Below are positions 9,183 to 18,905 of a stretch of 64,000 nt of DNA, piece by piece (the first letter of the stretch is position 1; every line of letters starts with the position of its first letter). The notes below the pieces were generated by a model. The model was given only the letters and a program-made list of their open reading frames with translations, ran no database searches and was not told where the DNA came from. Origin of the DNA: Candidatus Mnemosynella biddleae (GTDB lineage Archaea; Halobacteriota; Archaeoglobi; Mnemosynellales; Mnemosynellaceae); NCBI GenBank assembly GCA_002011165.2, contig MTMI02000003.1, positions 116,088-180,087 of the forward strand, in the 5' to 3' direction. The position numbers and the translations under genes were made by a program.

Positions 9183-9347
9183 AATTCTTGTGTATTATCA
9201 TCAAACGGGAAATGTGATTATGGCAAAAAAACTCGTTTTAAAAAACAGATGACTCACAATGAAGATCCTAAAATGACAGAAAATTTCTAAAAAACGAGGA
9301 AAAAGAATTAAAAATTTAAAAATTAGAGGATTGGTGGTTTTCTAGCT

Positions 9348-12314
9348 TCACTCCTTTCTCTGGCGAAGCACCAGATATGCAACTGCGAGGAGTCCAACAA
9401 TTGCGAAGACTGCCTCGAAGCCAGGCTGTTTTGGCGTTGGTGTTGGTGTCGTCGGAGCTGGTGTAGTCGCAGTTGGCTTAACCTCTTCCTTAACTGTTAG
9501 AGTCTTACTGACTCCATCGACATCAATCGTGTAGGTTCCTGCCTGAGTCTTCGTTATCTCGAAGGTCAGTGTTGTGGACTCTCCTGGAGCGAGAGTGACT
9601 TCTTCCTGCATCGTTGCAACGCCGTTCACGGAGAGTGTGATCGTCTTGGTTCCCTCGGCAACTCCGAGGTTCTTGACTACTGCAGTCACGGTTGCAGTCT
9701 CGCCAACCTTCACAGATGCTGGTGAGACGTCCACAGACATTACCTGAATGTCCGCAACTGCTGGCTTGAGTTCAATTGTAACCTGATCAATGACGTCATC
9801 GGATGCATTCACGGAGGAGCTCTTGCCTGCCCAGCTGCTCCACTTATAGACAGCTTTGATAGTATATTCGCCTGCTGCTCTACCAGAAGTCTTCCAAGTC
9901 TTCTCGAATGCTCCGTCGGCTACAGTCGCAGTAAGCTCCTGATCATAGTTACCGTCTGCAGAGGTTATGTATATGTAAATCTTTGTACCATCCTCTTTGT
10001 TTGTCGTTCCTTTGATTACGATATCATCACCGATTGCGAATGCCTTTCCATCCTCTGGAGATGTGAGCTCAAGCGTTGGACTCACAACGGTTATTTCATC
10101 AGTAACCTTGTTTCCAGTGCTCTTATCGAGTAGTTCAAATGTATATGTTCCCGCTGCGAGATGGAGGATCTTCGTCTCGTCGGAGTTCAACTTATCGTAA
10201 GCCGAGGTGACCCACTTGCCTTTATCTCCTCCCTCGAAGTACGTCTTACTATCTTTTGTGACGGTATTCCACTCAACCTTGTACCATCCTGCATAATCTC
10301 CTGAGGTCTCCTTTGTGCTCTTTGAAGTACCAGTTACCGTAAGTGTCGGAATATTGTTACCGGAAATCTTCAGTGAAACTGCACTGCTAGCCACCTGTGT
10401 ATATGCCTCAACAGTTGCTTTCTCTCCAGATACAACCGAGTCTTGGACAACGAGAACCATGCTCTGCTCAGTTAGTTCGATCGTGGTTATGTCGTAAATA
10501 TTGCTAAATTCAACACCACCAGTGACATTCCACCCCACAACTTTTATTGTGTAAGTGTCCTCAAAGTATCCTGAGGTATTCCACTTTAGTGTCGCTTCTT
10601 TGTCATCTACAGTAGCACTTGCCTTATACTCATCATTTACATATAGTTTTACCACGGCGCCATCTGGTTGATCGTACCAAACTTTGATTTCAATTGTCTT
10701 ACCTATTACACCTACAGTCGGAGCATCAACAATTCTGATCTCTGGGTCTACAAGCTTTACAGTTACTTTGTCCTCAGGGTTACCATAGCCTATCAACTTC
10801 GCAGTAATTTCGTAAGTGTCTTCCTTGTCTTTTACTCCAGCAACATTAGTATCCCACTTATATGAGAACTTTCCGTCTGCATCCGTGTAAACTGGAACTG
10901 TCTCATTCCAAGATGTACTCTTGCTCTTAATTGTAATATTAACTTGTGCACCTGCTCCGATATTTGGAGTAATAGAACCTGTAATCTCAACTTTGTTATT
11001 GTATGCCACTTCACTTGGTGCAGAGACCGTAACGGTTGGCTTCTTTGCCTCAGTCTCAACTGTCACAGTCTTCTTAAGTGCGCTATATCCTGGATCCTGC
11101 ACAATTGTAATCTTGTATGTATCTTCAACTGGCAGCGAGACACTCTCAAGTTTCCACGTTCCATCGCTCTTTACAGAGACTTGCTTGTTATCATATCCTG
11201 AAACTATAGTGCCATTGCTATATTTTATTGTCACATTGATTTTTGTGTTCTCCTCTCTGTTAGAGGTACCCGTTATATCAAAAGACTTACTTACTACAAC
11301 TTCACTTGGAACGTTCACAGTTACTTCTGGTGAGACGACCTCAACATAAGCGGTCTGGGACTTGCTTCCTACCTCTACTTTAATCTTGTAAACTCCTGTG
11401 AGTGTAACACCAGATGGGAAGTCATAAGCGAGACTATTACTCTGATTCTGATTACCTGCACGCCACTTAAATTCGAAAATTCCATTGCTCTGAACTGTAG
11501 TCGCAGGATTATATATAACTGTTCCAACAGGACCAGTAATAGTAATCTTTACGTTTGCACCGTATTCAGTTGAGCTTCCCCTTATTGTCAGCTTGTTTCC
11601 AAGCACCACAGTTGCAGGAACATTGATGCTGAGTTCAGCCTCAACGACGGTAAAGGTCTTCGTAAGCTTTGTACCAACTTTGTCCTTCACTTCGAGTGTG
11701 TAGGTCCCAGTACCCAAATCACTCAATTTTCTACCCTGATCATCTGCAAGAACTGAATATCCAATCCCAGTAGTCGTATTAACACTGGTGGCATAGAATT
11801 TCACTATTCCGTTGGAGTCAAGAACCTTCACATATTCTACTCCTGCATTCGAGGTACCATTTATGTATACCGTATGACCTTCTACGAAGCTGCTAACATC
11901 AGTTTTACCTGTATCGACATCATTAAGCTTTGCTGTGAGAACTGGCTCCGAGACGGAGACAACCTTACTGGCAAGTGTAGCAGTACTATTTGTAACGTTA
12001 ACTCTATACTCGCCAGATTTGGTTATGACATCCTTAGTGGGTACTTCTAAAGTTGTAACACCAGAGCCGGGATCCCCCTGATACAATATAACTACTTGAC
12101 CCTCAGCATCACCAGAAATTCCAACTGCTTTGACTGTTATACTCTCGTTAGTTCCAGAAAGACTAATGTAAATTTTCTGACCCATCACTATTGTATCATT
12201 TTGAATTGTTGCACTAGTGTAAGCACTCGCCGGAATCACCGCAAGCCCTGCGAACACTGACAACACCATTATTGTTGCCATCACTATTGAGAGAATTTTT
12301 TTACTTCCTTCCAT
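9348..12314 (-). CDS. Large S-layer-like cell-surface glycoprotein with Ig-like repeats, CARDB-like domain and PGF-CTERM anchor
   Basis: Signal peptide ending IPASA; repeated beta-rich units (ITGTSN, DGTW/DGKF); many N-x-S/T sequons; Thr/Pro linker; QPGFEAVFAIVGLLAVAYLVLRQRKE archaeosortase signal. Confidence 0.85.
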   Translation of the reverse strand: MEGSKKILSIVMATIMVLSVFAGLAVIPASAYTSATIQNDTIVMGQKIYISLSGTNESITVKAVGISGDAEGQVVILYQGDPGSGVTTLEVPTKDVITKSGEYRVNVTNSTATLASKVVSVSEPVLTAKLNDVDTGKTDVSSFVEGHTVYINGTSNAGVEYVKVLDSNGIVKFYATSVNTTTGIGYSVLADDQGRKLSDLGTGTYTLEVKDKVGTKLTKTFTVVEAELSINVPATVVLGNKLTIRGSSTEYGANVKITITGPVGTVIYNPATTVQSNGIFEFKWRAGNQNQSNSLAYDFPSGVTLTGVYKIKVEVGSKSQTAYVEVVSPEVTVNVPSEVVVSKSFDITGTSNREENTKINVTIKYSNGTIVSGYDNKQVSVKSDGTWKLESVSLPVEDTYKITIVQDPGYSALKKTVTVETEAKKPTVTVSAPSEVAYNNKVEITGSITPNIGAGAQVNITIKSKSTSWNETVPVYTDADGKFSYKWDTNVAGVKDKEDTYEITAKLIGYGNPEDKVTVKLVDPEIRIVDAPTVGVIGKTIEIKVWYDQPDGAVVKLYVNDEYKASATVDDKEATLKWNTSGYFEDTYTIKVVGWNVTGGVEFSNIYDITTIELTEQSMVLVVQDSVVSGEKATVEAYTQVASSAVSLKISGNNIPTLTVTGTSKSTKETSGDYAGWYKVEWNTVTKDSKTYFEGGDKGKWVTSAYDKLNSDETKILHLAAGTYTFELLDKSTGNKVTDEITVVSPTLELTSPEDGKAFAIGDDIVIKGTTNKEDGTKIYIYITSADGNYDQELTATVADGAFEKTWKTSGRAAGEYTIKAVYKWSSWAGKSSSVNASDDVIDQVTIELKPAVADIQVMSVDVSPASVKVGETATVTAVVKNLGVAEGTKTITLSVNGVATMQEEVTLAPGESTTLTFEITKTQAGTYTIDVDGVSKTLTVKEEVKPTATTPAPTTPTPTPKQPGFEAVFAIVGLLAVAYLVLRQRKE

Positions 12315-12470
12315 ACTTTATCTTCCTCCTCCTTTTAGAGGGGTTCTTACCCAAGGTGACGGGCTTCATATTATTAAACCCTTCCTTCACTCATCCGAAG
12401 TTTTGACATCTCTGCTAACCCGTCACCTCTTACCTTAATTATAATTAATCGCTATTTAAAACCTTTTTGG
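12315..12470 (-). promoter_or_regulatory. S-layer gene promoter, palindromic operator and structured 5' UTR
   Basis: AAAAAGGT-TTTAAATA BRE/TATA near 12453-12468; perfect palindrome TTAATTATAATTAA 12435-12448; inverted repeat AGGTGACGGG 12354-12363 / CCCGTCACCT 12419-12428; RBS GGAGGAGG. Confidence 0.6.
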
Positions 12471-12607
12471 TTAGAAAGGTGAATCGAGAAGGAACAAAAA
12501 AGAGTAATCGAGCCTTTCAAAACTCCGTGAAGTTTACTACGACGATCGTCGAATGATATTAATGTCTGAATTTTTAAACTTTTTCCAACACACCGCGAAA
12601 AATTCAA

Positions 12608-12949
12608 TCAGAGAGATGATACAGGGATCATCGGGGAATATAACTTCTTGAGCTTCGAGAGTTTCCTTCTATTCAAAAGGTGAACGTTTACTCTGAGGTC
12701 ATCCGTAAGTCTGAAGATCACATCCCTGTACCACTCGAACGTGAATTTTTCGGGAATCTCCTCTGAGACAATGAGTATATCGAGATCCGAAGATAGGGTA
12801 TGCTCCCCTCTGGCATAACTTCCAGTAATATAAACTTCGGCATCTTCAAAAATTTCTTTAGCTTTTTTCTCAATCTCTTTTGCGATATCATTAATTCGGG
12901 AGAAAAATTCCTTATTTTTCTCCAATTTTCTGTAGTAGTATTCAATCAC
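12608..12949 (-). CDS. Minimal nucleotidyltransferase (MNT antitoxin)
   Basis: GSYARG-x5-SDLD motif; GTG start overlapping the HEPN stop. Confidence 0.85.
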   Translation of the reverse strand: MIEYYYRKLEKNKEFFSRINDIAKEIEKKAKEIFEDAEVYITGSYARGEHTLSSDLDILIVSEEIPEKFTFEWYRDVIFRLTDDLRVNVHLLNRRKLSKLKKLYSPMIPVSSL

Positions 12950-13298
12950 TCCCACAAACCTCCATGAGCTTTTTCGCAACTTCAAGAGCTTTTCCTGCAG
13001 TCTCCTTAGAATAATCCACATCGAAATATCGAGACGCAACATAAGAGAGCTCGATATCTCTCAGGATATCGTTATTTTTCTCTCGAAAACTTATCAACTC
13101 TTCATCTCCTGTAAGTTCAAAAAGTAGTTTTAATCCATGAGACCTAGGGAAATCTCCATATTTCTTGGATATCAAATATTTAAGTATGAGTTGGATCGCT
13201 TGTTCTACAAAAAACATCGTGAAATTATAATCTCCTTCCTCATAACTTTCCTCTGCCTTTTTATAGAACTTTAAAGCATTTTTCTTCAGAAACTCCAT
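12942..13298 (-). CDS. HEPN domain protein (HEPN-MNT toxin-antitoxin pair)
   Basis: EQAIQLILKY, PRSHGL, YVASRY; adjacent to MNT. Confidence 0.85.
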   Translation of the reverse strand: MEFLKKNALKFYKKAEESYEEGDYNFTMFFVEQAIQLILKYLISKKYGDFPRSHGLKLLFELTGDEELISFREKNNDILRDIELSYVASRYFDVDYSKETAGKALEVAKKLMEVCGSD

Positions 13299-13424
13299 GA
13301 TTTCTGATGTGTTTATATGTATCTATAAAATTTTCCTCCCTCATACGATTTTCGAGCTGAGATGTATATCTGAAGTTCCGCTGACGTGTCCTAGAATCTA
13401 AGGTCTCAAAAGCTTAAAAAGTTT

Positions 13425-13822
13425 TCAGAACTCAACTATCTCGAGAAAATCAACTCTCTTGAAATCCTCGTCGAAGGTTGCAATTCTTCTGATTCCAAGA
13501 TGTTTACAAGTTGATACTATCAGAGCATCGTTGGTGAGGAGAGAATACTTGCTGAGGACTTCTAGAAAATCCTCAAGCGGAAGGTATTCAATGACTTCTA
13601 TTTCTAACTCTTCTAAAATTTTTCTCAGTTTTTCTGCGATATCTTGATTTGAAATTTTTGTCAACTTCCTTAGAATAAACGCTGTCTCCTCTATAACGCT
13701 CATCGAAGTAACAAAATCAAAATCTATGTAGCTTTCAATGACTTTTTTGGTTCTCTCAGACAACTGTGTTTCGACAATTATCGACAATTAAGCTAATAAG
13801 AAAATTTTGTGTCAAAGAATAT
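13425..13822 (-). pseudogene. vapC: VapC PIN-domain toxin, frameshifted at the 5' end
   Basis: C-terminal LLTNDALI and ATFDEDF intact; N-terminal IFFDT(N)FLISLIVE broken by an extra A and a 10-bp tandem duplication. Confidence 0.8.
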
Positions 13823-13929
13823 CCTCTGTCATCAACTCTGAGTCTGACCTTCTCACCATCTCTGAGTTCGACCTTCTCAAGAGGTTTAAAAACTCCGTTC
13901 TCGTAAATTGCTTCTATTATTTTTGGCAT
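13756..13929 (-). pseudogene. AF2212/DUF104-type antitoxin, apparently truncated and running into vapC sequence
   Basis: [32 protein letters not shown] then continues directly into vapC-derived sequence. Confidence 0.75.
13771..13790. repeat. Perfect 10-bp tandem duplication TCGACAATTA x2
   Basis: Directly visible. Confidence 0.95.
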
Positions 13930-14022
13930 CATTCTTAATTTTTCACTTAATTTTTCATCTGGGATTAGATAAGGATTTCGTTTAGAGTTATCTGAGAAAA
14001 GAAATGATTATTAAGAGAGGAG

Positions 14023-14928
14023 ATGCCACTAAGATTGATGATCAAAGTCAGAGCTCCCGCAACCTCGGCAAATCTTGGTGTCGGATTTGACGTCTTTGCA
14101 ATTGCACTCAAAGAGCCTTTCGATGAGATAATAGTTGAAGAGAGTGATGAGATGGAGGTCAGCGTCTCAGGATTGAAGGAAGGTATTCCTGAAGGAAGAG
14201 AAAATATTGCATATAGAGTAGCGGAAGAACTCGGTGTCACGGCGAGAATAGAGATTAAAAAGGGAATAAGAGCGAGTAGTGGACTTGGAAGTAGTGCTGC
14301 AACTTCTGCAGGAGTCGTTTTCGCTTTGAATAAGCTATATTCTCTGAAGCTGAAGAGAGAGGAGATGATAGACATCGCAGCAAGAGGAGAGGAGATGATC
14401 TCTGGAGAGTATCATGCTGATAATGTCTCCGCAGCACTTCTAGGATATTTCACAGCGGTAAGAGGAAAAGGGAAAAATCTCAGCGCAATTTCCATTCCAA
14501 TCGATATCAAGGTTGCAATCTGCCTTCCAGAAATCTATCTCGAGACCTCCAAATCGAGAAGGGCTCTTCCACGAGAGATCCCTCTAGAAGATCACACAAG
14601 AAATCTTAGTTCTGCGGTGATGATGTTTCATGCAGTGATGAGAGGTGATGTGAAAGCAATCGGAGAGTTCATGAACGAAGGATTTGCGGAGAGGGCGAGA
14701 AAGCATCTCATACCATTTTACGATGAGGTCAAGAGGAGGGCTCTTGAGGAGGGAGCTTACGGAGTGACGATAAGTGGAGGGGGGCCTTCGATCATTGCAC
14801 TTATACCAGAAGAAAATATTGGAATTGAGAAGGTTATGAGAGAGGTTTATCTGGAGAGGGGGATAAAATGCGATTGTTTTGTGACGAGAAGCGGAGAAGG
14901 TGTTAGAATTCTGGAGGTGGAGCATTGA
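14023..14928 (+). CDS. thrB: Homoserine kinase
   Basis: APATSANLGVGFD, GLGSSAA, HADNV, ISGGGPS. Confidence 0.93.
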   Translation: MPLRLMIKVRAPATSANLGVGFDVFAIALKEPFDEIIVEESDEMEVSVSGLKEGIPEGRENIAYRVAEELGVTARIEIKKGIRASSGLGSSAATSAGVVFALNKLYSLKLKREEMIDIAARGEEMISGEYHADNVSAALLGYFTAVRGKGKNLSAISIPIDIKVAICLPEIYLETSKSRRALPREIPLEDHTRNLSSAVMMFHAVMRGDVKAIGEFMNEGFAERARKHLIPFYDEVKRRALEEGAYGVTISGGGPSIIALIPEENIGIEKVMREVYLERGIKCDCFVTRSGEGVRILEVEH

Positions 14929-16106
14929 AATACCTCATTTTCATCCCGGATGGAATGGCAGACAGACCTCTGAAAGAACTCGATGGAAGAACTCCACTTC
15001 AAACTGCTAAGACTCCAAATATGGATGAAATTGCAAGAGAGGGGAGATGTGGATTAACTGAAAATGTTCCGAAGGATATGGAACCCGGAAGCGAGATAGC
15101 AACTCTTTCGATCCTTGGATATGACCCGAAGAGGTATTACACAGGAAGAGGTCCTTTAGAGGCTGCAGGAATGGGAATAGAGGTAGAGGATGATGAAGTT
15201 GCCTACAGATGCAACCTCGTGACTGTAAAAGAGGGGATTCTCGTAGATTACTCATCAGGACACATTTCAAATGAGGATGCGAAAAAGTTAATAGAAGCTC
15301 TGAACGAGGAACTGAATGGAGAAGCGAGATTTCTTGCTGGAGTAAGCTACAGAAATCTTCTCCTTTTGAGGGGATATTCTGAAAGGGTCACATGTACACC
15401 CCCGCACAATATTATTGGTGAGGAAATAGAGAGACATCTCCCAGTGGGAGATGAGAGAACGGTGAGAAAACTTAAGGAGATGATGTTTCTCTCAACTGAA
15501 ATTCTCATGAGACATGAAATTAACGAGGAGAGGGTGAGGAGAGGAGAGAATCCGGCAAATATGATATGGCCCTGGGGTCAGGGCAGAAAACCCGATATGC
15601 CGGAGATGAGCGTGAAATATGGGTTAAAGGGTTGTGTGATTTCGGCAGTGGATCTCATAAGAGGTCTTGGGAGCTACGCAGGTTTAAAGATCGTCGACGT
15701 TGCTGGAGCGACAGGATACGTCGACACGAATTACAGAGGGAAGGCTGAAGCTGCGCTGAGATGTCTTGAGAAGAATGATGTGGTTCTTCTTCACGTTGAA
15801 GCTCCTGACGAAGCTTCTCACGAAGGAGATATGGAGAAGAAGATCTATGCAATAGAGAGAATAGATGAAATGCTCGGAATGATTCTCGAGTTCGAAGAGA
15901 GTTTCAGAATACTTCTAACTCCAGATCACGCAACACCTTTGAAGCTGAGGACTCACTCGCACGATCCAGTTCCATTTGTCATATGGGGAGATGGAATAGA
16001 GAGAGATGGGATAGAAAGATATGATGAAATTTCCGCAAAAGGTGGATCTTACGGAATGAGGAATGGACTTGAGCTGATGGGCCTCCTTCTCGGTGAAAAA
16101 AGATGA
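14925..16106 (+). CDS. apgM: Cofactor-independent phosphoglycerate mutase (ApgM family)
   Basis: PDGMAD, PGSEIA, HVEAPDEASH, PDHATP, HSHDPVP. Confidence 0.9.
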   Translation: MKYLIFIPDGMADRPLKELDGRTPLQTAKTPNMDEIAREGRCGLTENVPKDMEPGSEIATLSILGYDPKRYYTGRGPLEAAGMGIEVEDDEVAYRCNLVTVKEGILVDYSSGHISNEDAKKLIEALNEELNGEARFLAGVSYRNLLLLRGYSERVTCTPPHNIIGEEIERHLPVGDERTVRKLKEMMFLSTEILMRHEINEERVRRGENPANMIWPWGQGRKPDMPEMSVKYGLKGCVISAVDLIRGLGSYAGLKIVDVAGATGYVDTNYRGKAEAALRCLEKNDVVLLHVEAPDEASHEGDMEKKIYAIERIDEMLGMILEFEESFRILLTPDHATPLKLRTHSHDPVPFVIWGDGIERDGIERYDEISAKGGSYGMRNGLELMGLLLGEKR

Positions 16107-16861
16107 TCAGAGTATTTCCAGTAAGAGGGCTTCCTCTACTGAAGAAAGGTGATAATCTCGTGAATTTCATTGAAGATAAAGTGATGAATGGAGACATCAT
16201 AGCGATCTCCTCAAAAGCAATTGCGAAGATTGAAGGAAGAGAGATTCCTCTGGAAAATGTTGAGCCTTCTGAGAGAGCTGAGAGAATTGCAAGAAGATTA
16301 AACGAGGATTCTAGATTTGTGGAGCTCGTTCTCAGAGAATGTGATGAGGTAATTCTGGAATATCCTTTCATACTAACGAGAAGAGGAAGATGGATCTGCG
16401 TGAACTCAGCAGTAGACAGATCAAATGCTCCTGAAGGATTTGCAATCCTCCCTCCGGAAAACCCGGATGAGTCTGCAAGGAAAATAAGATGGGAGTTCAG
16501 AAAGAGGGAAAAAGAGGTTGGAGTAATCATCACTGATACTTCTGGAAGATGTTTCAGAAGAGGACATATTGGAATTTGTATTGGGGTATCAGGAGTGAAG
16601 AGGATGATCGAAGGAGGAGAGGATCTCTTTGGGAAGCCTCTGAAAATTACAAAAAGGGCAATTGCAGATGAGCTTGCTAGCTTTGCGAATCTCGTAATGG
16701 GTGAGGGAGACGAGGGCACGCCTGTGGTCATCTTCAGAGGTCTCAACCTTCTTAGCGATGAAGAGGGTGCAGAAATTCTTTTGAGAGATGAAAAAGAAGA
16801 TGTGATACTCAGAGTTTTAAGGGAGGCCAAAACTAAAGATTTTAATACTCTCCGAGAATAA
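16103..16861 (+). CDS. cofE: Coenzyme F420-0:L-glutamate ligase
   Basis: SSKAIAKIEG, NSAVDRSN, ITDTSGR, DELASFANLVMGEGDEGTPV. Confidence 0.92.
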   Translation: MIRVFPVRGLPLLKKGDNLVNFIEDKVMNGDIIAISSKAIAKIEGREIPLENVEPSERAERIARRLNEDSRFVELVLRECDEVILEYPFILTRRGRWICVNSAVDRSNAPEGFAILPPENPDESARKIRWEFRKREKEVGVIITDTSGRCFRRGHIGICIGVSGVKRMIEGGEDLFGKPLKITKRAIADELASFANLVMGEGDEGTPVVIFRGLNLLSDEEGAEILLRDEKEDVILRVLREAKTKDFNTLRE

Positions 16862-16874
16862 GGAGTGAGGGAAA

Positions 16875-17828
16875 ATGAACATTGATAAGATCACAAGAAA
16901 CGTCGAAGAAATCATCACACTTGAGGAGTTGAAAGAGCTTATAGAAGAGAAGAGAGACCCATCCGTTTATGTCGGTTATGAGCCAAGTGGCAAGATTCAT
17001 CTCGGACACATGGTTACGGTGAACAAACTGATTGATCTGAAAGAAGAGGGATTTCAAGTAACTGTTCTTCTTGCAGATCTTCATGCTTATTTGAACGAGA
17101 AGGGAACTATGGAAGAGGTCAGAGAGATTGCCGAATACAATAGGAGATGCTTTGAAGCACTTGGACTAAAAGGTGCTAATTTCGTACTCGGATCAGAGTT
17201 TCAAACAGAGAGAGAATACGTCATAAATGTTCTGAAACTTGCGAGGGAGACCTCACTTAAGAGAGCCAGAAGGAGTATGGATGAAGTCAGTAGAAATCTG
17301 GAGAATCCGATGGTCTCACAGATGATTTATCCTCTGATGCAGGCAATAGACATTGCGACTCTTGGAGTTGATGTTGCTCTCGGAGGAATAGATCAGAGGA
17401 AAATACACATGCTCGCAAGAGAAGGACTCCCGAAACTGGGGTACAATGCTCCAATCTGCATGCATACTCCGATAATAAGTGGATTGGATGGAAACAAAAT
17501 GTCCTCCTCACTGAACAATTTCATATCGGTGGATGACGGAGAAGAGGAAATATACTCAAAGCTCAAAAAGGCTTTCTGTCCTCCAGATAGAGTTGAAGGA
17601 AATCCAGTAATGGAGATCTTCAAATATCACATCTTCCCGAGATTTGAAGTAGTGAAGATTGAGAGGGACGAAAAGTTCGGAGGGGATCTTGAATTTAAAA
17701 ACTTCGATGAGCTTGAAAAGAGTTATCTTTCAAACGAGATTCATCCTCTCGACCTGAAAAACTCAGCAGCAAGATATCTCAATGAAATCATTGCTCCAGT
17801 AAGAGAGAGAGTTAAAAAGGGGTGGTAA
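16875..17828 (+). CDS. tyrS: Tyrosyl-tRNA synthetase
   Basis: [34 protein letters not shown]. Confidence 0.97.
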   Translation: MNIDKITRNVEEIITLEELKELIEEKRDPSVYVGYEPSGKIHLGHMVTVNKLIDLKEEGFQVTVLLADLHAYLNEKGTMEEVREIAEYNRRCFEALGLKGANFVLGSEFQTEREYVINVLKLARETSLKRARRSMDEVSRNLENPMVSQMIYPLMQAIDIATLGVDVALGGIDQRKIHMLAREGLPKLGYNAPICMHTPIISGLDGNKMSSSLNNFISVDDGEEEIYSKLKKAFCPPDRVEGNPVMEIFKYHIFPRFEVVKIERDEKFGGDLEFKNFDELEKSYLSNEIHPLDLKNSAARYLNEIIAPVRERVKKGW

Positions 17829-17829
17829 G

Positions 17830-18138
17830 CTGAAAGGTGATGAGGGAGAAGAGGTTCTCCGTGTAAGAATTCCAGACAAGAAAAAAGGAGAAATACTTGG
17901 AATAGTTGAAAATATGCTTGGAGCCAATCACATAATTGTGAGATGTTTGGATGGAAAGACTCGAATGGCAAGGATTCCTGGGAAGATGAGAAGAAAGATC
18001 TGGATAAGAGAAGGAGATGTTGTGATAGTTGTTCCCTGGTCTTTTCAGGATGAGAAAGCAGATGTAATCTGGAGATATACAGAGCCTCAGGTTTCCTGGC
18101 TCGAAAGGAAAGGATATCTGAAAGAAGGGATCAGATGA
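17830..18138 (+). CDS. eif1a: Translation initiation factor aIF-1A (probable CTG start)
   Basis: Conserved [21 protein letters not shown] lies upstream of the track ATG (17914) in the same frame; [16 protein letters not shown]. Confidence 0.9.
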   Translation: MKGDEGEEVLRVRIPDKKKGEILGIVENMLGANHIIVRCLDGKTRMARIPGKMRRKIWIREGDVVIVVPWSFQDEKADVIWRYTEPQVSWLERKGYLKEGIR

Positions 18139-18905
18139 GAGAGGATGACCTTAGGAGACTCGAAGAGGAAATAGACAAACTGAGAACCAAGATAGTTGAT
18201 GCAGATGACTTTAAGGTTTACAGCGAGATTTTGGATAGAACAACACTCATGGCTTTATATAAACTATCGAAAAGAGGATCAATAGAGGCTCTGGGAGGAG
18301 TTTTGAGCAGTGGAAAAGAGGCGAATGTTCTTCATGCTCTTGGAAGCGAAGGAGAAGTTGCAGTGAAAGTCTACAGAATATATACTTCAGATTTCAGAAA
18401 CATGTATGAGTACATCGAAGGTGATCCAAGATTTATGAAGGTGAGGAAGGATAGAAGAAGCGTGGTTATGGCATGGGCCAGAAAAGAGTTTAGGAATTTA
18501 AAGATAGCTGAGAAAGCTGGAGTGAGAGTCCCCCATCCTATAGACATAGAAAGCAATGTCTTGGTGATGGAGTTCATAGGAGAGGATGAGACCCCTGCTC
18601 CGAGATTGAAAGATATTGAAAATGATATGAGTAAAGAGGATATGAAGAGGATATGCTTCAAGATCATAGAGTACGTGAAGAGGCTCTATGAAAAAGGTGA
18701 CCTTGTGCATGGAGATGTCTCTGAATACAACATTCTCGTGCACCGCAATGAAATCTTTCTCATAGATATCGGACAAGCAGTTCTCACGAGACACCCAAGA
18801 GCCATGGAGTTTTTGAGGAGGGATCTCGAGAATATTAGCAGATATTTCAGAAGATTTGGAATTAAAGTCGATGCGAATGATCTATTTAGCGAGGTAACAT
18901 CATGA
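18135..18905 (+). CDS. rio1: RIO1 family kinase
   Basis: [29 protein letters not shown]. Confidence 0.93.
   Translation: MREDDLRRLEEEIDKLRTKIVDADDFKVYSEILDRTTLMALYKLSKRGSIEALGGVLSSGKEANVLHALGSEGEVAVKVYRIYTSDFRNMYEYIEGDPRFMKVRKDRRSVVMAWARKEFRNLKIAEKAGVRVPHPIDIESNVLVMEFIGEDETPAPRLKDIENDMSKEDMKRICFKIIEYVKRLYEKGDLVHGDVSEYNILVHRNEIFLIDIGQAVLTRHPRAMEFLRRDLENISRYFRRFGIKVDANDLFSEVTS

Noticed and set aside
15979-16830. 283-aa minus-strand ORF (and similar ones such as 49073-49744)
   Set aside because: Antisense to well-supported genes (cofE, cdc48); typical codon-symmetry artefacts
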